Positions 37,633 through 47,500 of a stretch of 47,854 nucleotides of DNA are shown here, in pieces. Position 1 is the first letter of the stretch. The number at the start of each line of letters is the position of its first letter. A program made the translations under genes and the position numbers. This DNA is from Promethearchaeota archaeon (GTDB taxonomy: Archaea; Asgardarchaeota; Lokiarchaeia; Sigyniarchaeales; SOKP01), in contig JABXKD010000019.1 in the NCBI GenBank assembly GCA_013375475.1, positions 1 through 47,854 of the forward strand, read 5' to 3'. A model generated the notes under the pieces. It did not search any database. It saw only the letters and a program-made list of their open reading frames with translations, and was not told the origin of the DNA.

Positions 37633-39060
37633 TTAACTTTTAAACTGTTTGATAAATTTAAAGATTTTTTCAATTTCGTTGGTTTTTATAAAAGATTTTA
37701 ACTTTTCCTTATTTTCTTCCTTAAGTTCATGTGGAAATGTCTCAATTAAGCCCCTTACTTGAGTTAATCCCAAGAATTTTCTCGTATAGTCTGCCTTAGA
37801 GTATTTATATGTAGTTAGAAATTCGCTATCTAATTTCTCTCTAAAATATTCTAAAATTGTATTAAAAAAGTTCCTTAAGAGAAGTTGATCCTCATATGTA
37901 AGCTCAGGTTCAAGAAAAATCTGAATGGGATGAGTTCGATAAGTATTTCCTGAAACATATATTCCATCAACTCCAAAATGTTCCTTAATAATACCTAATC
38001 CGGCTCTTCCATCAATAGAACCAGTATCAACAGTTCGAGCGTAAAGAATATTATTCATTAACTTTCCTTTCAATGCGTCACTTACTCTAATAATCTGAAT
38101 TCGATATTGATTATTCTCGTACTTATTAGCATCAATTACTTTAATCTCAAAGGAACCGAAGTTATTAAGTACTTCCTCTTTTTGCAGGTAATATTTTACT
38201 TTTAGAGGATTACGAGTACTGTTTTCTTCAATAAATTCATCGAATTCAGAACCAGCACGATATTTGTATTTTGGTTTTAAATTATACTCTCTCTTAACAA
38301 ATTTGTTTTTATCCTTAAATTTTAAACCCTCAAAAGTTTGAGGTTCGTCTTTTGAAATTGCTTTTCTTTTAAAAAAACTTATGCATATGTTTGTACCGGT
38401 AAATTTAAACATAGAAGTTTCAAATATGGTAATTTTATTAATTTTATAATGCTTTAAAAAATCTAATCGAAATTTATTGGAAACAGAAGCGCCATATAAG
38501 AAATTGGTTGGAATAACATAGATTAAATTCTCAACATCGTTGCGTAAGTCATTAATCATCGCAATTTGGTATAAATCTTGGTATCCTTCATTTCTACTTT
38601 CAAAATAGCTCAAATACTTTTGAGTTTCATTATGCTTCCTAATATAACCCAAGTAGAGGTAAGGTGGATTAGTAATGTGAAATATGGGGTATTTTTGATG
38701 TTTTAGAATCTGTGGAAAGTTTTCTAGATTATCCCGTATTTTAATATTCCGTTCTGCAGTTTCTTTTGGAATTCCATATTTTCTTGCATTTTTAATACAC
38801 TCTTGAACCATATCTTTTTGGACATCAAATAAATAAATATGATTATGAAAAAAAGATTCTCGCTGATCTACCGGAATTTCATTTAGAATTGGTAGAATTA
38901 AATTACCTTCACCAGCATAGAGATCGACCCATAAATAATTTTCCAAGAAATCCTTAATTTCGGGAAAAATATACCTATAAAACATATCAATAGAAGTAAA
39001 ATGTAGACCAAATTTTCGCCTCTTCGCTTTTTCATTAGGAATTAAAGATTTTTTTTCCAT
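37633..39060 (-). CDS. Probable N6-adenine DNA methyltransferase (divergent, orphan)
   Basis: GLHFT (motif X), VDLYAGEGNL (motif I), ITNPPY (motif IV), DLYQ, YVIP.NF. Confidence 0.78.
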   Translation of the reverse strand: MEKKSLIPNEKAKRRKFGLHFTSIDMFYRYIFPEIKDFLENYLWVDLYAGEGNLILPILNEIPVDQRESFFHNHIYLFDVQKDMVQECIKNARKYGIPKETAERNIKIRDNLENFPQILKHQKYPIFHITNPPYLYLGYIRKHNETQKYLSYFESRNEGYQDLYQIAMINDLRNDVENLIYVIPTNFLYGASVSNKFRLDFLKHYKINKITIFETSMFKFTGTNICISFFKRKAISKDEPQTFEGLKFKDKNKFVKREYNLKPKYKYRAGSEFDEFIEENSTRNPLKVKYYLQKEEVLNNFGSFEIKVIDANKYENNQYRIQIIRVSDALKGKLMNNILYARTVDTGSIDGRAGLGIIKEHFGVDGIYVSGNTYRTHPIQIFLEPELTYEDQLLLRNFFNTILEYFREKLDSEFLTTYKYSKADYTRKFLGLTQVRGLIETFPHELKEENKEKLKSFIKTNEIEKIFKFIKQFKS

Positions 39061-39236
39061 ATTGATATTATCGAACTCCTATCTTAGTATAATCTCTATT
39101 CTATTTAAGATAACTATTGATTTTAATTAGCTTGAAAATTGGTCCCCATTTTTTTTAAAAGAACACGAACATTAGTAATTATAAAAATATTGGATTACTA
39201 TCTAATAAAAATATATTAAAAAAAAAATGAGTTCTC

Positions 39237-40496
39237 ATGAGTGAAACTGAGAATATAATTGTTAAAAATTATATTAATCAAGTGAAACAAAAACTTCCCG
39301 AATGGTTAAAATGGAAGGAAGAAGAACTAAAAAACGTTTTAGAAGACTTAACCGCGCAATTATACGGTGAGGCAAGAGCAATTTCTCAAGGTGAAGAAAT
39401 AACTGATGCAGATATAAAAGAAGCCATTAACCGAATGGGTACTCCTGAAAGTATAGCTAAATTGTACAAAAATAGAGGTACTCCTAAATTCTTTCTAACA
39501 CAAGAGCTTTTTGATTTTTACCTAAGAACTTTGTTCTTCTTTTTCGCAGTAATTATTTTTATCAATATCATTGTTGCTGTTTTCCGGTTCTCGTTTATTT
39601 GGGTGGTTTCGGTTCCCTGGTGGGATATTTTAGGAGGAATGTTATCTGGAATTTGGATTGGGTGTTTAATTGCAGCCATCGTAATTACAATAGTATTCGT
39701 CTACTTTTCTATGGAAGGATTTTTACCTGAAGATTTTGGAGTAATCCCTAAACGTTTAGCTATAATTTTTCCATTCACTTTTACAGAAGAATACATGGCA
39801 GAAACAAGAGAATACACGAAACAACACATCGAAGAAGCCAGAATGCTTGGAAAAGAAAAACTAGCCGCAGCTAAGGCTCGAGTAGAAGAAAGGATAGCTG
39901 AAAGTAAAATTTTAAGGGAAGAAAGACGTACAGAAGCTAAGTTAATTCAAAAACAAAAATTAGAGGAAGCAAAAGCATTAAGAAAACAAAAATTGGAAGA
40001 GGCTAAACAAAAACGGTTAATTAAAAAAACTCAACCAGTTACTGTTGGGGAACTGATCTTTGGAGCTTCCGCGGGTATAATTTTTGGTTTGCTATTAATA
40101 ATCCAACCTTTTCCAGTCACGGGGGCGATGCAACCAGCTTTCCTTGAATGGCTAAAATTATTTGGATTTTTAGTTTTTGTAAGCGGGTTACTTGATTTAA
40201 TTAGGCTTGTAATCGGAGTAAGTAATTACACCGGGCAACAAGCTTTTTTAATAATAGGAGCCATTTACAATATTGCTTATATTCCTGTGTTTTTGTTGCT
40301 TCTTAACCAACCAGAAATATTCCCTATTTCGTTCTTTTCTGGAGGTAACATTACAGAAATATCCGCTGTTCCATCAGATATCACCAATATTATTTATTCC
40401 GTAGTAATTATTATAATTATTATCGGTATCGTTGGTGGAATGATAGGGAATTTCGTTAAAGTAAATAAATATTCTAAATTAAAAAAGGTCTATTAG
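39237..40496 (+). CDS. HAAS-type membrane protein with an 11-residue-repeat helical insert
   Basis: N-terminal YINQVKQKLP...EDL...AINRMGTPESIAKLY; several TMs; paralog of 43565..44590. Confidence 0.8.
   Translation: MSETENIIVKNYINQVKQKLPEWLKWKEEELKNVLEDLTAQLYGEARAISQGEEITDADIKEAINRMGTPESIAKLYKNRGTPKFFLTQELFDFYLRTLFFFFAVIIFINIIVAVFRFSFIWVVSVPWWDILGGMLSGIWIGCLIAAIVITIVFVYFSMEGFLPEDFGVIPKRLAIIFPFTFTEEYMAETREYTKQHIEEARMLGKEKLAAAKARVEERIAESKILREERRTEAKLIQKQKLEEAKALRKQKLEEAKQKRLIKKTQPVTVGELIFGASAGIIFGLLLIIQPFPVTGAMQPAFLEWLKLFGFLVFVSGLLDLIRLVIGVSNYTGQQAFLIIGAIYNIAYIPVFLLLLNQPEIFPISFFSGGNITEISAVPSDITNIIYSVVIIIIIIGIVGGMIGNFVKVNKYSKLKKVY
39792..40022 (+). repeat. Seven 11-aa (33-nt) degenerate repeats
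   Basis: YMAETREYTKQ/HIEEARMLGKE/KLAAAKARVEE/RIAESKILREE/RRTEAKLIQKQ/KLEEAKALRKQ/KLEEAKQKRLI. Confidence 0.7.
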
Positions 40497-40678
40497 AACC
40501 TTACTTTTTTTTTTATTTTTAATTTATACATATGCTATTTGAAATTTTTTTCTACTTTTCATCATAAGAGAAAATTAAGTCCAAAGGTTTTTTTGTTTAT
40601 CATTTTTATCATTCTTATAAGCTTTAGATATAACTTAGCAATAAACTCTTTTTGAAAATTAAAAAAAGGTGTTAAATT

Positions 40679-42067
40679 TTGAGTGATTTAGAAGGTTTGA
40701 CAAGAAGATTGTTAATACAAAATAAAACTGACGAAGAAATTCTTACAAGATTGGTCCAAGAATATATTGATTTTAAAGATATCGATAAAGAGTTAGCATA
40801 TACGTTGGCTAAAGCAATTTTAACTGAATGTAGGAAGAGCGACATATCTAAAGTCTCAGAACCATTTATTAAAGATTTATTAGGAATCAATAAAGCAAAT
40901 GTGACTGTGGGGAAACAGGGTGTAGGGTGTCGAGGCGCTGGGGATTTCTTTGTTCATAAATTAATAGCAAATTTATCACAAACTAAAACACAACCATTTT
41001 TATCTCCAACTTCTTTGGATGATGCTGGGGCGGTTAAATTATCAGGAATGGGTTTTTTAAATGGAACGGACGATATTATAATTGTCTCGAAAATGGAGGG
41101 GATCCATAGCCGACTCAGTGATTTTCCTTTTGTATGTGGATTTCATGTTACTCGAGCATGCTTGCGAGACTTATATGTAAAAGGGGCAGAACCAATTTCC
41201 ATAATGATAGATGTTCATTTAGCTGATGATGCCGATGTAGGAAAATTGTTTGATTTTATGGCGGGTGTTTCTACAATTGCTGAATTATCGGGAGTACCAA
41301 TAACAGCTGGCTCTACATTAAGAATAGGAGGGGACATGGTTATTGGAAATAGATTAGTGGGTGGAATAAGTGCGGTTGGTGTTACCCGAAACAAGTTATT
41401 AGCGAGACGCAACATTCAAGTAGGAGATAAAATATTAATGACTGAAGGTGCGGGGGGTGGAACTATAACCACTACAGCTATATATTCGGGAAACCATAGT
41501 GTTGTAAACGAAACCATGAACATTAAATTCCTAGAAGCTTGTAATATCCTATTAAAAAAAGAATATCTTAAGGACATAAGGGCTATGTGTGATGTCACAA
41601 ACGGAGGTCTTAGAGGAGATTTATACGAAATAAACTATGAAGCTAAAACAGGTGTAACAATTTATGAAGATCGAGTTAGAGAGCTTGTTAATCCCGCGGT
41701 GTTAGATCTATTAGAAAAAGTGAAAGTTGACTATTTAGGAGTATCGCTAGATGCACTCCTAATTTATTGCTCAGAAAATATATCGAAACAAATTATTACT
41801 GATTTGGCAACACAGAATATTAAATGCGCTGAAATCGGTTACGTAGACGGTTCTAATCAAGTAAACATGATTTATAACGGTGAAGAGAAAAAATCACTTC
41901 TTCCTCAATTTCGAGAATCGGCTTATACTAAGATCAAACAAGAAATAGGAGAAGAAACTCCAGAATTGAAGTTAGATATGGAGGAAAAAATTGAAAAAGC
42001 AGCTTCAGAAGCTTTTAAAAAGAGACAAAAAATCATAGATTACATTAAAAACAACATTAATGCTTAA
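40679..42067 (+). CDS. AIR synthase (PurM/HypE/ThiL/SelD) superfamily protein, archaeal uncharacterised type
   Basis: GVGCRGAGDFFVH, DDAG, EGIHSRLS, RD...GA.P, DVTNGG. Confidence 0.85.
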   Translation: MSDLEGLTRRLLIQNKTDEEILTRLVQEYIDFKDIDKELAYTLAKAILTECRKSDISKVSEPFIKDLLGINKANVTVGKQGVGCRGAGDFFVHKLIANLSQTKTQPFLSPTSLDDAGAVKLSGMGFLNGTDDIIIVSKMEGIHSRLSDFPFVCGFHVTRACLRDLYVKGAEPISIMIDVHLADDADVGKLFDFMAGVSTIAELSGVPITAGSTLRIGGDMVIGNRLVGGISAVGVTRNKLLARRNIQVGDKILMTEGAGGGTITTTAIYSGNHSVVNETMNIKFLEACNILLKKEYLKDIRAMCDVTNGGLRGDLYEINYEAKTGVTIYEDRVRELVNPAVLDLLEKVKVDYLGVSLDALLIYCSENISKQIITDLATQNIKCAEIGYVDGSNQVNMIYNGEEKKSLLPQFRESAYTKIKQEIGEETPELKLDMEEKIEKAASEAFKKRQKIIDYIKNNINA

Positions 42068-42068
42068 T

Positions 42069-42902
42069 TTATTCTTCTTCAATTAAAGGAAGGACTTCAT
42101 TTAGTGATCCAGACCTAAATCCTTCTAAATCAACGGTAATGTAGCAAAATCCTAATTTTTTGAACTTATCCTTAATTTTTACAATATTTTCATTGGTCAT
42201 AATTTTCATAATGTCTTCGGGCATCAGTTCTATTCGTGCTAATTTTCCTAAGTGTAGTCTAACTCGTAATTGTTTTAAATTGTATGTGTTACTCAGGAAT
42301 TTTTCTGCCTCCCTAATCATATCTAATTTTTCTATGTTTATATCTTGATCGTAGGGAATACGTGAAGAAAAACAGGCCATTGAAGGTTTCGATTGCACAT
42401 CTAAATTAAAGAATTTGCTTATCTCTCTGATCTCTTGTTTATTAATCTTGAAATTTATATACGGAGTAGAAATATTTAATTCTTTCAGAGCTTGCATTCC
42501 TGGTCTATAATCATTTAGGTCGTCTAAATTTGAGCCGTCTAATATTATATCAAAATTCCTTTCTTCCTTTATTTTTAATATATCCTCGTATAATCCTGTT
42601 TTGCAAATATAACACCGATTTTTAGGATTGCACCTAAATTCTTCATCTTTTAGGGGATCACGCTCAATAATTAAGTGGGCTATACCGTACTTTTTCGCAA
42701 ACTCACTAGTTAATTGAATTTCCTCGTCAGGATAGAGGATTGATTTTTCTGTTACAAGTAATGCTTCTTTAGCGTATTTATTTGAAAGAAACGCTAATAA
42801 ACTGCTGTCAACTCCTCCAGAAAACGCAACTATCACTTTTTTATTTTTTAAAAAGGATACAAGATTCTCTAACTTACCGTTTAGATTCTTAGTTAAATCC
42901 AT
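42069..42902 (-). CDS. larE: ATP-dependent sacrificial sulfur transferase LarE family
   Basis: AFSGGVDS PP-loop, RCYICK, DG.N.DD..DYRPG, ACFSSRIPY, RVRLH, GFRSGS. Confidence 0.93.
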   Translation of the reverse strand: MDLTKNLNGKLENLVSFLKNKKVIVAFSGGVDSSLLAFLSNKYAKEALLVTEKSILYPDEEIQLTSEFAKKYGIAHLIIERDPLKDEEFRCNPKNRCYICKTGLYEDILKIKEERNFDIILDGSNLDDLNDYRPGMQALKELNISTPYINFKINKQEIREISKFFNLDVQSKPSMACFSSRIPYDQDINIEKLDMIREAEKFLSNTYNLKQLRVRLHLGKLARIELMPEDIMKIMTNENIVKIKDKFKKLGFCYITVDLEGFRSGSLNEVLPLIEEE

Positions 42903-42974
42903 CGTTAATCTAATTCCTAAAAAAACATGAAGAGTAATAAATTTTTATTTTAGAAAATATAAAAAATACATAGA

Positions 42975-43028
42975 TTTATATACTGTGGCTGGTATAGTAT
43001 TTGTAAGACACTATAAAATAAATACTAT
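42975..43028 (+). promoter_or_regulatory. TATA box followed by overlapping inverted repeats (candidate PadR operator)
   Basis: TTTATATA at 42975-42982; ATACTGT-N7-ATAGTAT at 42980-43000; ATAGTATTT (42994-43002) / AAATACTAT (43020-43028). Confidence 0.5.
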
Positions 43029-43038
43029 TTTATAAAAG

Positions 43039-43572
43039 GTGCAAAAAAAATTGATTAAAAAAGTAAAAGGAATGGACACTGAATTTCAAGAATACGCTTC
43101 CAAGTTTGAATCCGAAATGAATCGGGGTATCTCAACTCTAAGTATACTATCTATCATCAAACAATATGGAGAAGACGGTGTATACGGATATCAAATCTCA
43201 AAAGATCTTCTAGATCAAACGAACAGAATGTTAATAATCGAAGAGGGCACGCTTTATCCAATCTTAAGAAAACTTGAGGAGGATAGGATAATTGATTCTA
43301 AGAGAGAGAAAGAAGGAAGGAAGCGAAAATTTTACTATATTACTGAACATGGAGAGAAGATATACAATTATTTATCAGGGTTTTTTTCGATACTCACTGA
43401 AGCAATCGCACCATTATTCGATGTTAGTGTTCATTTAAAGCAAAACAAGTATTTTTATTGCCCAGCATGTGCCAATAAAATTGATTTAAAGAATTTTGAA
43501 GCTAAATATTGCGATGTATGCGGGCACTATATTGAAAAAGAATTAGACGAAAGAGGTTTAAAAAATGATTGA
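43039..43572 (+). CDS. PadR-family transcriptional regulator with C-terminal zinc ribbon (ATG start probably at 43072)
   Basis: RG, YGYQI, EGTLYPILRKLE, RKFYYIT..G; CPAC...CDVC. Confidence 0.92.
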   Translation: MQKKLIKKVKGMDTEFQEYASKFESEMNRGISTLSILSIIKQYGEDGVYGYQISKDLLDQTNRMLIIEEGTLYPILRKLEEDRIIDSKREKEGRKRKFYYITEHGEKIYNYLSGFFSILTEAIAPLFDVSVHLKQNKYFYCPACANKIDLKNFEAKYCDVCGHYIEKELDERGLKND

Positions 43573-44590
43573 AAACAGCATGGAATATTCCGTGAGAGAA
43601 TATATAAAAGAAGTTGAGAAGAGACTTCCAGAATGGCTTAAAGACAAGAAAGAGCATAAAGAGATTTTAGCTGATTTGGAAGAACACATATGGAGTAAAG
43701 CAACTGAATTATCAGAAACCGGTCAACCGGACGAAACATCAGTAAAATTGGCAATTAATCACATGGGAACACCTCAGAGTATCGCTAAAGAATACAAGCG
43801 ACGTGGAGAACCTAAATATTATATTACGAAAGAAATGGCGCCGTATTATGGCAAAGCACTCTCTGCTGTATTTGCAGTTATCGTAATATTGGTGATAATT
43901 GGGTTAATAGTAAGTTTTTTCACTGGAAATGCTTCCTTTGATACTTTAGTTGGAGGACTTATTACTGGAATTCAAACAGGGCTTCTACTTTCTTTTACAA
44001 TTGTTACTGTTGTATTCGTGGCTCTATCCATGGAAGGGTATTTTCCCGAGGATTTTAAGTCCAAAAAAGAGCAACAAGTAATGAAACAATTAAGGGAACA
44101 AGAACTTGAGGAAGGAATTACTCCTTCTCAAACCCTAAAGAAACCCTTAAAACCCTTCATTAAGCCAGCAGGAGAGATTGTTGGGGGCGGCATTGGATTG
44201 ATATTTGGTATCGTACTATTATCCCAACCTTTCCCTACATACATGTTTTTCCCAGATTTCTTGATGATTTTAAGAATTTTTGGATTAATTACGATGCTTG
44301 AAGGTTCTTTAGATATTTCTCGAGGAATAATTGGTAATCGGCGACCTAACACTCACCAAATTCTACATGCATTAATAATTCCTCTCAAGCTTTCAGTAAT
44401 CCCACTTATTGTTATATTAATGAATCGTCCTGAAATTTTTCCATGGTTTTCAGAGCCGTGGATACATGTTGGGATTCCAGTAGAGTCTTATGGCGTGTAT
44501 AGAGGAATTTTAAGTGTTATTATAACGATTACATGTCTAACGACAATCGAAAACATCTATAACATCATTAAAATTCAAAAATATAAATAA
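43565..44590 (+). CDS. HAAS-type membrane protein, translationally coupled to PadR
   Basis: YIKEVEKRLP...EILADLEEHI...AINHMGTPQSIAKEY; multiple TMs; start overlaps the PadR 3' end. Confidence 0.85.
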   Translation: MIENSMEYSVREYIKEVEKRLPEWLKDKKEHKEILADLEEHIWSKATELSETGQPDETSVKLAINHMGTPQSIAKEYKRRGEPKYYITKEMAPYYGKALSAVFAVIVILVIIGLIVSFFTGNASFDTLVGGLITGIQTGLLLSFTIVTVVFVALSMEGYFPEDFKSKKEQQVMKQLREQELEEGITPSQTLKKPLKPFIKPAGEIVGGGIGLIFGIVLLSQPFPTYMFFPDFLMILRIFGLITMLEGSLDISRGIIGNRRPNTHQILHALIIPLKLSVIPLIVILMNRPEIFPWFSEPWIHVGIPVESYGVYRGILSVIITITCLTTIENIYNIIKIQKYK

Positions 44591-44884
44591 TAATTTTTTT
44601 TTATCTATTTTTTTTTTTCGTTTTTATAACAACAATTTTTACTTACAATCATGATTCGAAATTCTAAACCAATTACATAATTTCGGTTAAATATAGAACT
44701 CAATAGTTAAAATCTCTTATCAAATATCTAAATTATATAAAAAAGCCATAATTCTTGGAGATTTTAAGATCTACAACCCATCTTTAAGAGAACTTTTTCG
44801 TATAATTAATTATAACTAAAAAATTTAAAAGGCTTTTAATTATAATTTAATTGATACATGTGAATATAATTCGAGTAAAAGAAA

Positions 44885-45181
44885 ATGTCTAAGGAAACAA
44901 TTAATAATAAAGAAAACCAAAAGTTAGGAACATCTCTACCTAAATGCTTAACCGAATGTGAAAAAGGGGAAGAGGTCGTTGTGTTACGAGTAAATGCCGG
45001 TCATAAAGCAAAAACTCGGCTTGCTAATCTAGGTGTTGTACCTGGTGTAAAAATAACAAAGACTAAAAATGCCCCTTTCAAAGGGCCATTAGAAATAATC
45101 GTAAAAGGCTCTTCTTTAGTTATAGGTAGGGGTTTGGCCTCGAAAATTTTTGTAGAATGTAATGAAGTTTGTTTATACTAA
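44885..45181 (+). CDS. feoA: Ferrous iron transport protein A
   Basis: RLANLGVVPG, PFKGP, LVIGRG.A..I.V; upstream of feoB. Confidence 0.92.
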   Translation: MSKETINNKENQKLGTSLPKCLTECEKGEEVVVLRVNAGHKAKTRLANLGVVPGVKITKTKNAPFKGPLEIIVKGSSLVIGRGLASKIFVECNEVCLY

Positions 45182-45256
45182 TCTTTTTTATGTGTAAATA
45201 AGGTGCTTACTTGAAATAGTGAAGAAATTTAAAAAAATATAACAGGAGAGTCAAAG

Positions 45257-47407
45257 TTGAGTTGTCATTCACCAAACAATAACTCTAAAAATGTTAAAGA
45301 CTTCAAAGACACTATAAACATAGCTCTAGCGGGTAACCCGAATGTTGGGAAATCAGTTATATTTAACCAACTTACTGGTCTTAGTCAAACAATTGGAAAT
45401 TGGCCAGGAAAAACTGTTGAAAGAATGGAAGGACAATTAGAGTTTTTAGGTTATCATTTTAATATTGTAGATTTACCCGGAATATATTCTCTTTCAACTT
45501 TTTCTATAGAGGAAATTGTGAGTAGAGAATATGTTATATCCGAAGATGTAGATATTATCATAAATGTTATCGACGCTACTAATTTAGAGAGAAATTTATT
45601 TTTCACCTTTCAGTTGCTAGAATTAAAAGTACCAATGATTCTAGCTATAAATCAGATGGATCTTCTGCGAAAAAGGAATATTGAATTAGATTTTAAAGAA
45701 TTAGAAAGGATTTTTAAATTACCTGTTCTTCCGGTTGTAGCTATCCACGGAACTGGTGTCCACCAACTCTTAGAAGAAGCAATTGAACTTGTAGTGTATC
45801 GTCATCCCCACCACCATTATAAGAGAAGAAGATCAGTAGAATCAAAACATCACGGCCATCATTATTATCGGGTTGAACACATTCACGAAAAAGGTAAACC
45901 TAAGGAAGCACTCAGAGGATTCTTTAAATTTCCAGAACTGAATCAAGTGACATCTTACGGAAAAGAAGTAGAATTAAAGATTTTAAGCCTAATTGAAAAA
46001 ATTAATGGACATCGACAGATTTTATCATCGCGTAATTATCCCCCAAGATTTTTAGCAATTAAATTGCTGGAAAACGATAGGGAAGTTATTAAAATTTTAT
46101 CGGACAGTGAAGAAGGAAATGATACTATTAAATTATCTATGAAATATCGAGTTGAACTTGAAAATCTTCATGGCGAGGATATTCACACAATTATATCATC
46201 AGAAATTTATAACAAGATAAAAAAAATAATAGATTTAGTTCTAATAACAAAATTAAAGAAGTCTGTCAAAAAGAGAACTTTAGCAGATTTTTTCGATCAT
46301 CTCACTACTCATTCAATTCTTGGATATGTTGTTTTGATTGTGATATTATTTGGAATATATTTTTTTACTTTTTCAATAGGAGATCTCCTTGCGGGGTTAA
46401 TTGACAATGTTTTCATAGTTTCGAGCGACCTTATTTACGCAAATTTTAGTGAAGATAATGTATGGGTTAAAATCTTCTGGGATGGAGGTGTAGGGGGTTT
46501 ATTAGGTGCCGTAGGGGGCGTTTTAGTTTATGTAATACCGTTTTTTTTCATAATAGAAATCCTACAAGATTCAGGATATTTGCCAAGAGCGGCGTTTCTT
46601 ATGGATAGAATAATGCATTCCCTTGGGGTTCATGGAAAAACTATAATTCCAATGATTTTAGGATTTGGGTGTAATGTGGCAGCATGTGCGGGATGTAGAA
46701 TAATGGAAACTGAAAGGGAGAAAAAGATTTCAGTAGCTCTAACTTCTCTTGTACCATGTGCGGCGACAATGACCGTCGTGTTAGGTTTAGTGGGAAGATA
46801 TTTAGGGTTTTACTGGATATTAATTTTATTCCTCATTAATTTTTTTGTTATTTTTATAGTTGGTCGAATATTGAATAAAACGCTACCCGGTAAATGTACA
46901 GAATTAATAATGGAGATGCATGAATATCGAGTTCCTAATTACAAAGTAATTTTTAAACAAACATGGGTTCGAAGTAAAGAGTTTATATTTAAAGCTATGC
47001 CTATAATGTTATTACTTGGAATATTATTAGAAATTTTATTAATTTTCAATGTTTTAGAGCCAATAAATGTTATTTTAAGCCCTGTTACTGTCTTATGGTT
47101 AGGGTTACCTGCTATAACTGGCGTGTTTTTAATATATGGAATTCTGAGGAAGGAGTTAACCTTAGTACTTTTATCAATTTTAGCTAATTCCTTAAACATT
47201 AGCCTTTTAGAATTATTAACACCAATTCAGATGATTGTGTTTAGTCTGGTTACAATGCTTTATGTCCCCTGTTTTGCTACTATTATCCTTATTGCAAAAC
47301 AAACGAACTGGAAATATGCGGCTCAAATATCACTTCTAGAGATCGGATTAGCCCTATTGATCGGGGGAACTATAAATCTTGGATTTATAATATTTTCAAG
47401 CTTTTAA
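45257..47407 (+). CDS. feoB: Ferrous iron transport protein B with a His-rich insert
   Basis: GNPNVGKS, GNWPGKTVE, DLPG.YSL, NQMD, DSGYLPR, GFGCNV, LYVPC; AGGAG precedes the TTG start. Confidence 0.96.
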   Translation: MSCHSPNNNSKNVKDFKDTINIALAGNPNVGKSVIFNQLTGLSQTIGNWPGKTVERMEGQLEFLGYHFNIVDLPGIYSLSTFSIEEIVSREYVISEDVDIIINVIDATNLERNLFFTFQLLELKVPMILAINQMDLLRKRNIELDFKELERIFKLPVLPVVAIHGTGVHQLLEEAIELVVYRHPHHHYKRRRSVESKHHGHHYYRVEHIHEKGKPKEALRGFFKFPELNQVTSYGKEVELKILSLIEKINGHRQILSSRNYPPRFLAIKLLENDREVIKILSDSEEGNDTIKLSMKYRVELENLHGEDIHTIISSEIYNKIKKIIDLVLITKLKKSVKKRTLADFFDHLTTHSILGYVVLIVILFGIYFFTFSIGDLLAGLIDNVFIVSSDLIYANFSEDNVWVKIFWDGGVGGLLGAVGGVLVYVIPFFFIIEILQDSGYLPRAAFLMDRIMHSLGVHGKTIIPMILGFGCNVAACAGCRIMETEREKKISVALTSLVPCAATMTVVLGLVGRYLGFYWILILFLINFFVIFIVGRILNKTLPGKCTELIMEMHEYRVPNYKVIFKQTWVRSKEFIFKAMPIMLLLGILLEILLIFNVLEPINVILSPVTVLWLGLPAITGVFLIYGILRKELTLVLLSILANSLNISLLELLTPIQMIVFSLVTMLYVPCFATIILIAKQTNWKYAAQISLLEIGLALLIGGTINLGFIIFSSF

Positions 47408-47500
47408 CGCGATTACTATTAAATTTTTAATTATAACATATTTAAATTATTGTAAAAATTCCTATTCATAGTTCTAAATTTAATATTATTTTAGAGCAAT

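Noticed and set aside
22974-39060. The two methyltransferases as borders of a defence island or mobile element
   Set aside because: The intervening genes are metabolic, and no integrase, transposase, terminal repeats or tRNA site was found.
454-43572. Selenocysteine read-through at TGA-ending genes (454, 3872, 14797, 43572)
   Set aside because: Each TGA falls at a natural protein end, two overlap the next gene's start region, and none lies in a redox motif; no SECIS-like element was recognised.
44591-44884. Long intergenic region as possible ncRNA or iron-regulator box
   Set aside because: AT-rich, with only T-tracts and TATA-like sequence; no convincing stem or recognisable palindrome.
743-47199. 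Many short antisense or alternate-frame ORFs in the track (e.g. 743..1081, 7816..8220, 14163..14498, 15476..15751, 31969..32268, 37018..37443, 46939..47199)
   Set aside because: They lie within well-supported genes and show no recognisable motifs; treated as shadow ORFs.
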